Source: an uncultured delta proteobacterium
GTDB taxonomy: Bacteria > Desulfobacterota > Desulfobaccia > Desulfobaccales > 0-14-0-80-60-11
Length of the DNA stretch: 64,000 nucleotides
NCBI GenBank assembly: GCA_963812015.1
Contig: CAWETI010000003.1
Location: forward strand, 1,344,001-1,408,000
Direction: 5' to 3'
Part shown: positions 58,248 to 64,000 of the stretch, piece after piece
Position numbering within the stretch: position 1 is the stretch's first letter
Layout: every line of letters begins with the position of its first letter
Notes under the pieces: model-generated
Database searches by the model: none
The model's input: the letters and a program-made list of their open reading frames with translations, nothing else
Told to the model about the DNA's origin: nothing
Position numbers and translations under genes: made by a program

Positions 58248-58679
58248 CTACTTCCTTTCTGCCGCCTTTTTCTTCATCAGTTCGATGAAGTCCGGATCAA
58301 TACCATATCCCAGGCTCTTGGCCTTCTGCAAATCCGCGACGGCTTGGTCGAATTTCTCCTGCTTCTCGAGGATCATGGCCCGCTGGTAGTAAGCCCGCCC
58401 GAAATTGGGGTTCTGCTTGATGACTTGTTCGCACAGTTGCAGAGCTTGAGCGTTGTTGCCCTTGGCGTAATAGACGGTGGCTTTATAGGAGATGAGGGCC
58501 GGGTCGTTGGGCTTGAGCTTCAAGGCCTGATCAAAGGCCTGGAGGGCCTGGTCGTAACGTCCCGCCTGGCTGGCCTGCATCCCCTGGTCGATGTAGCTTT
58601 GGACGTTCTGGGCCGAGCTCCATTCCGGCAGCAGGAGCAGCAAGAGTAAAACCAAGACGGCATATGGCACTCGCTTCAT
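58248..58679 (-). CDS. Secreted TPR repeat protein
   Basis: Signal peptide; three TPR-like repeats; GGAGG RBS. Confidence 0.88.
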   Translation of the reverse strand: MKRVPYAVLVLLLLLLLPEWSSAQNVQSYIDQGMQASQAGRYDQALQAFDQALKLKPNDPALISYKATVYYAKGNNAQALQLCEQVIKQNPNFGRAYYQRAMILEKQEKFDQAVADLQKAKSLGYGIDPDFIELMKKKAAERK

Positions 58680-58840
58680 CGCTTGAAGTCCTCCTGTTTC
58701 GAAAAGTTCAAAGTTCAAGGTTCAAAATTCAAGGTTGGGAATATGCCCATCAGGAATTTTTCATCATTTACTGGTGGGCCGAAGGCTCATGAATTACTGT
58801 CTAAGTTAATCGCAATATTCCGAAATAATCAAGGCCTCGG

Positions 58841-60616
58841 TTACACGGAACAGAGACGGCATTCTTCGGCAAACTCGTGGGCCAGGGTGAGGGCCGCGGT
58901 CCCGGCCGGCAGGCTGAGAACCTGGCCGGCTTTGGAGCCGTACCGGTAGACGGTGATGCCTTTGAGTCCCAGGTTAAATGCCAGTTGGAAGGCGGCGGCC
59001 ACGTCCTCCCGGGTGGCCTCCGGGGCCAGGTTGATGGTCTTGGAGACGGCGTTGTCCACGTGGCGTTGAAACGCAGCCTGCATCCGCACCTGGTGTTCCA
59101 CGCTCACTTCGAAGGTGGTGGGGAAAAGCCGTCTGATCTCCTCCGGCAGCGCCGTTAGAGGGCGCACCCGCCCGGAGGCCAGCACCCGGGGCACCCATTC
59201 TGTTTCCGATAAGCCCGCCTGGGCCAGTTTCTCCAGGAACAGGGGGTGGATCTCCTCGAACTCCTCCCCTTCCAGGGCCCGGCGGCGGTAGGCCACCGCG
59301 AAGAGGGGCTCGATGCCGCTGGAGGTCCCGGCGATGATGCTGATGGTGCCGGTGGGGGCGATGGTGGTGACCGTGGCGTTTCGCCGGGGCGGCCGGCCTG
59401 ACTGGCACCAGCGGCTGCGGGAAAAATTGGGGAAGGGGCCCCGATGTTTGGCCAGAATCTGGGATTGGCTTACGGCCCGGTCCTGGATGCGGGATATGAT
59501 GGTTTCGGCGAGCGTCAGGGCCTCCGGGGAATCGTAGGCGAGGCCCAGCTTAACGAACAAGTCCGCCAGACCCATGACTCCCAGGCCGATCTTGCGGTTG
59601 GCGTGGGTGATGGCGGTGATCTCGGGGAGGGGGTAGTGGCTCTGGTCGATGACGTCGTCCAGAAAGGTCACTCCCAGGGCCACTAGGCGGTCCAGGGCGT
59701 CCCAGTCCAGACCCCCCCCTCTGACCAGGGTGGACAGGTTGATGGAACCCAGGTTACAGGATTCGTAGGCCAGGAGGGGCTGCTCGCCGCAGGGGTTGGT
59801 GGCTTCCAGTTCGCCGACCTCCGGGGTGGGGTTGGCCCGCTCCATGGCATCCAGAAAAATCAGACCCGGGTCTCCCGTGGTCAGGGCCGCGTTGCAGATG
59901 AGATCGAAAACCTCCCGGGCCTTGAGCCGCTGCACTTCCAGGCCGGTTCGGGGGTTGATCAGGGGATAGCTGTCATCCGCGGCTACACGATGCATGAAGT
60001 CGTCGGTGACGGCCACGGACAGGTTGAAATTGGTGAGCATCTTGGGGTCGGACTTGGCAGTGATGAACTCCAGGATGTCCGGGTGATCCACCCGGAGGAT
60101 GCCCATGTTGGCGCCCCGGCGGCGTCCCCCCTGTTTCACCACGTCCGTGGTGGTGTCAAAGATGCGCATGAAGCCCACCGGGCCGGAGGCCACCCGGCCG
60201 GTGCTCTTAACCTGGTCGCCCCGGGGGCGCAGGTGGCTGAAGTTGAAGCCGGTGCCCCCGCCGGTCTGGTGGATCAGGGCCATGTCCCGCACGCCCTCCA
60301 GGATGCTGCGCATGTCATCGTGGATGGGGATGACGAAGCAGGCGGCCAACTGGCCCCGGGGCAGGCCGGCGTTGGTAAGGGTCGGGGTGTTGGGGAGAAA
60401 TTGCCAGGAGGCCATGGCTTCATAAAAGGCCTCGGCCTGGCGGGCCTGCGCCTCAGGACCGCCGTAGCGCGCTTCCGCCGCGGCCACACCCTGGGCCACC
60501 CGGCGAAACAACTCATCCGGGGTCTCCACCACCCGGCCCTCGGGGTCCCGGCGCAGGTAGCGTTCGGTCAGGACCCGGGCGGCGATGGGGCGGAATTGGG
60601 GCGGCGAAATGGTCAT
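58841..60616 (-). CDS. nrdJ: Adenosylcobalamin-dependent (class II) ribonucleotide reductase
   Basis: FLPNTPTL-NAG, QLAACF, GGGTG, QGGRRRGANM, TNPCGEQ, CNLGS, TIAPTGT and SKTIN motifs; C-terminal CRLC. Confidence 0.93.
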   Translation of the reverse strand: MTISPPQFRPIAARVLTERYLRRDPEGRVVETPDELFRRVAQGVAAAEARYGGPEAQARQAEAFYEAMASWQFLPNTPTLTNAGLPRGQLAACFVIPIHDDMRSILEGVRDMALIHQTGGGTGFNFSHLRPRGDQVKSTGRVASGPVGFMRIFDTTTDVVKQGGRRRGANMGILRVDHPDILEFITAKSDPKMLTNFNLSVAVTDDFMHRVAADDSYPLINPRTGLEVQRLKAREVFDLICNAALTTGDPGLIFLDAMERANPTPEVGELEATNPCGEQPLLAYESCNLGSINLSTLVRGGGLDWDALDRLVALGVTFLDDVIDQSHYPLPEITAITHANRKIGLGVMGLADLFVKLGLAYDSPEALTLAETIISRIQDRAVSQSQILAKHRGPFPNFSRSRWCQSGRPPRRNATVTTIAPTGTISIIAGTSSGIEPLFAVAYRRRALEGEEFEEIHPLFLEKLAQAGLSETEWVPRVLASGRVRPLTALPEEIRRLFPTTFEVSVEHQVRMQAAFQRHVDNAVSKTINLAPEATREDVAAAFQLAFNLGLKGITVYRYGSKAGQVLSLPAGTAALTLAHEFAEECRLCSV

Positions 60617-60722
60617 GAACCAGACCTCAAATGATTAACCGCATAAATCGGCACTAGTCGTGGCATGGCGATGGGTTTAACCGGTTGCATTTCCCAAGGT
60701 TACGAACCGACCGAAACCGGTA

Positions 60723-61505
60723 TTATAAGATTCCCCACTTTTTGGCCCGCTCTTCATAGGCCGGCGGAAAGCTCGGGGAGAAATTCTGGTAAAAGGTGAT
60801 AGGGTAGCGGGCCCCGATCCTTTTGCCGGCCTCTTTCAGCCCCACCAGGAGCCCTTCCAGGAACTTGCCGGGAAAGGCCACCACCATCTCATCGTCCTGG
60901 GTCATGGAAAAGATGCGGTCGCCCATACCGGGAATGGCCACTTTGAACTCTCCGGTACGGTAGGGGGCGATGAGGTACTCGCTGCATTCCACCTTGCCGC
61001 CGAATTCCCCGCTGACCCGTGCTCCCAGGCTGAAGGTGGCCGCCTGGATGAGGCGCATGAGCTGGGCCGGGTTGCCGTAAACCACCACCACATCCGGGTC
61101 CAGGGCCAGGCGCTCCAGGGGACAGAGGTAGACGGCCCCAACCTCCTGGGGCTCGAAGCGGGGCAGGGCTTCCACCTCTTTGAGGGCCGGGCCCAGGGCC
61201 GAGTGAAATCCCACTTCACAGAAGAGCTGCCCCAGCTCCATTATCGGGTCGGCGGCCGGCGTAAAGCCGAAGACCAGCATACCGGGCACGCAGATGAGAT
61301 CCTCCTGGGTCAGCCCCACGGGCCAGCCATATACCCGGGCCATGGTGACCCCCTGGCAGATGGTCACTTTCTTGCCGAACACCTTGGAAGGCTGCCGCGT
61401 CTTGGGCGGCAGACCGGCGGGGTCTTTAAAAAACTTGACACCGAAGGGCTCGGTCTTAAGGCGCATGGTCTCTTTCAGTTGGACAGCCGCAGCTTTATAA
61501 TCCAT
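60723..61505 (-). CDS. DUF169 family protein
   Basis: L-L---P-GVK, CQ---AR, C--G---G, PDVVVVYGNPAQLM-L and G-GDR------DEM pattern. Confidence 0.8.
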   Translation of the reverse strand: MDYKAAAVQLKETMRLKTEPFGVKFFKDPAGLPPKTRQPSKVFGKKVTICQGVTMARVYGWPVGLTQEDLICVPGMLVFGFTPAADPIMELGQLFCEVGFHSALGPALKEVEALPRFEPQEVGAVYLCPLERLALDPDVVVVYGNPAQLMRLIQAATFSLGARVSGEFGGKVECSEYLIAPYRTGEFKVAIPGMGDRIFSMTQDDEMVVAFPGKFLEGLLVGLKEAGKRIGARYPITFYQNFSPSFPPAYEERAKKWGIL

Positions 61506-61621
61506 AGTCTTCCCTTCTCAGCGTGATGGCGCCAGGCATGTAACCCCGGTCGCATAATGTTTGATAGTAAGACCTCGACCGGCGGGATGCAAGCACACCG
61601 CTCCTTTTCCCTTGGCCTACC

Positions 61622-61670
61622 AGATGGTTAAGGATAGAATGCCAGTCTAAGCAGGAAATGCAGGGTCGTT
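61622..61670 (+). ncRNA. Candidate Na+ riboswitch (DUF1646 motif)-like leader
   Basis: GGTTAAG...TGCCAG..AAGCAGG...TGCAGG in the leader of a cation P-type ATPase; matched to the motif from memory only. Confidence 0.4.
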
Positions 61671-61789
61671 TCACGCGCCATAAGACGGCCGTGAATCGCG
61701 CCCTACTCGGCGTGATTTCAGCAGCGAACGCACCGATCTTGCCTTGCCAATCCTCAGAGAAGAGGTGTTGCCGAACTAAATCAGCCGCT

Positions 61790-64000
61790 ATGTCTACGGA
61801 ATCCCTTAATTTCCATACACTCACACCGGAACAGGTCTTTGCAGCCCTGGAGACTGGGCCTCAGGGGTTGAGCGATACCGCCGCCCTGGAGCGTTTGGAG
61901 CGCTACGGCCCCAATGAACTGGCCGCGGGCAAAACCATTTCTGCCTGGCGCATCCTGTTCCGCCAGTTTGCCAACCTTTTGATCGCCATCCTGCTGGCGG
62001 CCACGGTGATCTCCTTTTTCTTGGGGGAACGCCTGGATGCCTGGGTCATTTTGGCCATTGTGCTGGCCTGCGTGGTGCTGGGTTTTGTTCAGGAATACCG
62101 GGCCGAACAGGCGGCGGCGGCCTTAAAGAAGTTGGCGGCGCCGGCGGCCACCGTGATCCGTGGCGGCAAAGAGCGGGAAATTCATGCCCGGGAAGTGGTG
62201 CCGGGAGACGTGCTGGTTTTGCATACCGGCGACCGGGTGGCCGCCGATGCGCGTTTGCTGGAGGTGATCAACCTGAAGGCGGACGAGGCTCTCCTTACCG
62301 GGGAGTCCACGGCGGCGGGCAAGAATCTGGCCCCGATGGCCGACCCCGACAAGGCCGTAGCCGACCGGAAGTGCATGGTGTTCGGGGGCACGGTGATCAC
62401 TTATGGCCGGGGCCGGGCTGTGGTCACCGCCACCGGCATGGACACGGAGTTCGGCAAGATTGCCCGGATGCTGGAAGACGTGACCGAGGAGGCGACCCCC
62501 CTGGAAGTCCGCATGGCCGCTATCGGCCGGGTCTTGTCGATTATCTGCCTGGGGGTGGCCGCGGGGGCCACACTCCTGGGGGTCTTCCGGGGCCATGCCT
62601 GGCTGGAGATGCTGATTTGGGGGATCAGCCTGGCGGTGGCGGCGGTGCCGGAATCCTTGCCGGCGGTGGTCACCGGGGCACTGGCCATCGGCACGACCCG
62701 CATGGCCCGGAAGAACGCCATTGTCAAGCGCCTGCCGGCCGTGGAGACCATGGGCTGCACCACCGTGATCTGCACCGACAAGACCGGCACCTTGACCAAG
62801 AATGAAATGACGGCCCGTCTCCTCTTCCTGGACGGCGAGCTTATCGACGTCAGCGGCGCGGGGTATGAGCCCGTGGGGGCGTTTTACGCCGATGACGCCC
62901 CGGTGCGCGCCGGCGACTACCCCGTGCTGGCCGGGGCCGCCCGGATCGCCATCTTGTGCAATGACGCCGCCCTGGAGGAAAGCGACGGCAACTGGACGGT
63001 GCGGGGCGATCCCACGGAGGGGGCCCTCCTGGTGTTGGGACGGAAGGCGGGATTTGCCCCCGAGGCGCTTCTCACCGAAGTTCCCCGGGTGGCGGAGATC
63101 CCTTTTTCCTCGGAAGCCAAGCGCATGAGCACCTTTCACCAGGAACCGGAAGGGATACTGATGTGCGTCAAGGGGGCGCCGGAACGCCTGCTGCTCCGGG
63201 CCCGGAAGATGCTGACCGCCCAGGGCGAGCAGGCCATGAGTGCCGGGGACCGCCAGATCGTTCAGGAGCAGGCGGCCCTCATGGCCCACGAGGCGCTCAG
63301 GGTTCTGGGCCTGGCCTACTGCCGTCTTCCCGAGGTGCCCGATCTGGAATCCGTCGGCGCCGACCCGGAATTGGTTTGGGTGGGACTGGTGGGCATGATC
63401 GACCCGCCCCGGCCGGAAGCCGCCGAGGCCGTGGGCCGGTGCCGCCAAGCGGGCATCCGGGTCATCATGGTCACCGGTGACCACCCGGTCACCGCCCAGG
63501 CCATCGCCCGGGAGGTGGGCGTCATCTCCCGGGAGCACAGGTCCCGGGTGGTCCTGACCGGGGAGGAGATTAACCGCCTGAGCGACCCGGAGCTCCAGGA
63601 GGCCCTCCAAGAGGTCCGGGTGTTTGCCCGGGTGGCTCCGGAACATAAGCTCCGCCTGGTGGATATCCTCAAGGCCCAGGGAGAGGTGGTGGCCATGACC
63701 GGGGATGGGGTCAACGACGCCCCGGCCCTGAAACGGGCCGATATCGGCGTGGCCATGGGGATCACCGGCACCGAGGTCACCAAGGAGACCGCGGCCATGA
63801 TCCTGGCGGACGATAACTTCGCCACCCTGGTAGCCGCAGTGGAGGAAGGCCGGGCCATCTTCGACAACATCAAAAAATATCTCATCTTCCTGCTGAGCTG
63901 CAATATCGCCGAGATCCTGGTGCTCACCGGGGCATTTTTCCTGGGGATGCCCCTGCCCCTCATCGCCCTGCAAATCCTCTGGGTCAATCTCACCACCGAC
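61790..64000 (+). CDS. Cation-transporting P-type ATPase (type IIA Ca2+/Na+-like), 3' end runs off the window
   Basis: Not in the ORF track. From ATG 61790: YGPNEL, LTGES, VPESLP, DKTGTLT, KGAPE, DPPR, TGD and TGDGVNDAPAL motifs. Confidence 0.96.
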   Translation, partial: MSTESLNFHTLTPEQVFAALETGPQGLSDTAALERLERYGPNELAAGKTISAWRILFRQFANLLIAILLAATVISFFLGERLDAWVILAIVLACVVLGFVQEYRAEQAAAALKKLAAPAATVIRGGKEREIHAREVVPGDVLVLHTGDRVAADARLLEVINLKADEALLTGESTAAGKNLAPMADPDKAVADRKCMVFGGTVITYGRGRAVVTATGMDTEFGKIARMLEDVTEEATPLEVRMAAIGRVLSIICLGVAAGATLLGVFRGHAWLEMLIWGISLAVAAVPESLPAVVTGALAIGTTRMARKNAIVKRLPAVETMGCTTVICTDKTGTLTKNEMTARLLFLDGELIDVSGAGYEPVGAFYADDAPVRAGDYPVLAGAARIAILCNDAALEESDGNWTVRGDPTEGALLVLGRKAGFAPEALLTEVPRVAEIPFSSEAKRMSTFHQEPEGILMCVKGAPERLLLRARKMLTAQGEQAMSAGDRQIVQEQAALMAHEALRVLGLAYCRLPEVPDLESVGADPELVWVGLVGMIDPPRPEAAEAVGRCRQAGIRVIMVTGDHPVTAQAIAREVGVISREHRSRVVLTGEEINRLSDPELQEALQEVRVFARVAPEHKLRLVDILKAQGEVVAMTGDGVNDAPALKRADIGVAMGITGTEVTKETAAMILADDNFATLVAAVEEGRAIFDNIKKYLIFLLSCNIAEILVLTGAFFLGMPLPLIALQILWVNLTTD

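Overview
High-GC bacterial chromosomal segment. Gene content and order (split F1 atp operon with two atpF, short purH, sigma54 promoters, Desulfovibrio-type Zur boxes) suggest a Desulfobacterota/deltaproteobacterium, possibly Desulfobacca-like; this is inference. Most of the window is housekeeping: pckA (partial), ruvAC-yebC-rlmE, ade, alanine dehydrogenase/OCD family, ppdK, proS-relA/spoT, rpmB, purH, tadA, two tRNA-Ser, dnaX-ybaB-recR, rodA, atpFFHAGDC, glmUS, panE, sodC, a Zur-controlled zinc ABC system, cysC, hisIG, class II RNR and a partial P-type ATPase. Single low-GC accessory genes are interspersed (SGNH hydrolase, PD-(D/E)xK nuclease, VapBC, a membrane protein), along with several families of small intergenic repeats. 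The most notable signals are: (1) a sigma54/IHF-driven ~115-nt sRNA candidate with three exposed C-rich anti-SD-like tracts (56190-56303); (2) intergenic palindromic repeats inserted in frame inside an ABC permease; (3) a stand-alone sigma54 - FliM-N-like peptide - flhG - fliA module; (4) a low-GC nuclease gene bracketed by REP-derived direct repeats; (5) a candidate Na+ riboswitch before the P-type ATPase; (6) an orphan DNA methyltransferase fused to a thermonuclease-like domain. Two G-homopolymer frameshifts, one of them in atpF, suggest indel errors in the assembly. I saw no CRISPR array, prophage or transposase. All family assignments come from reading motifs by eye; no database searches were run.
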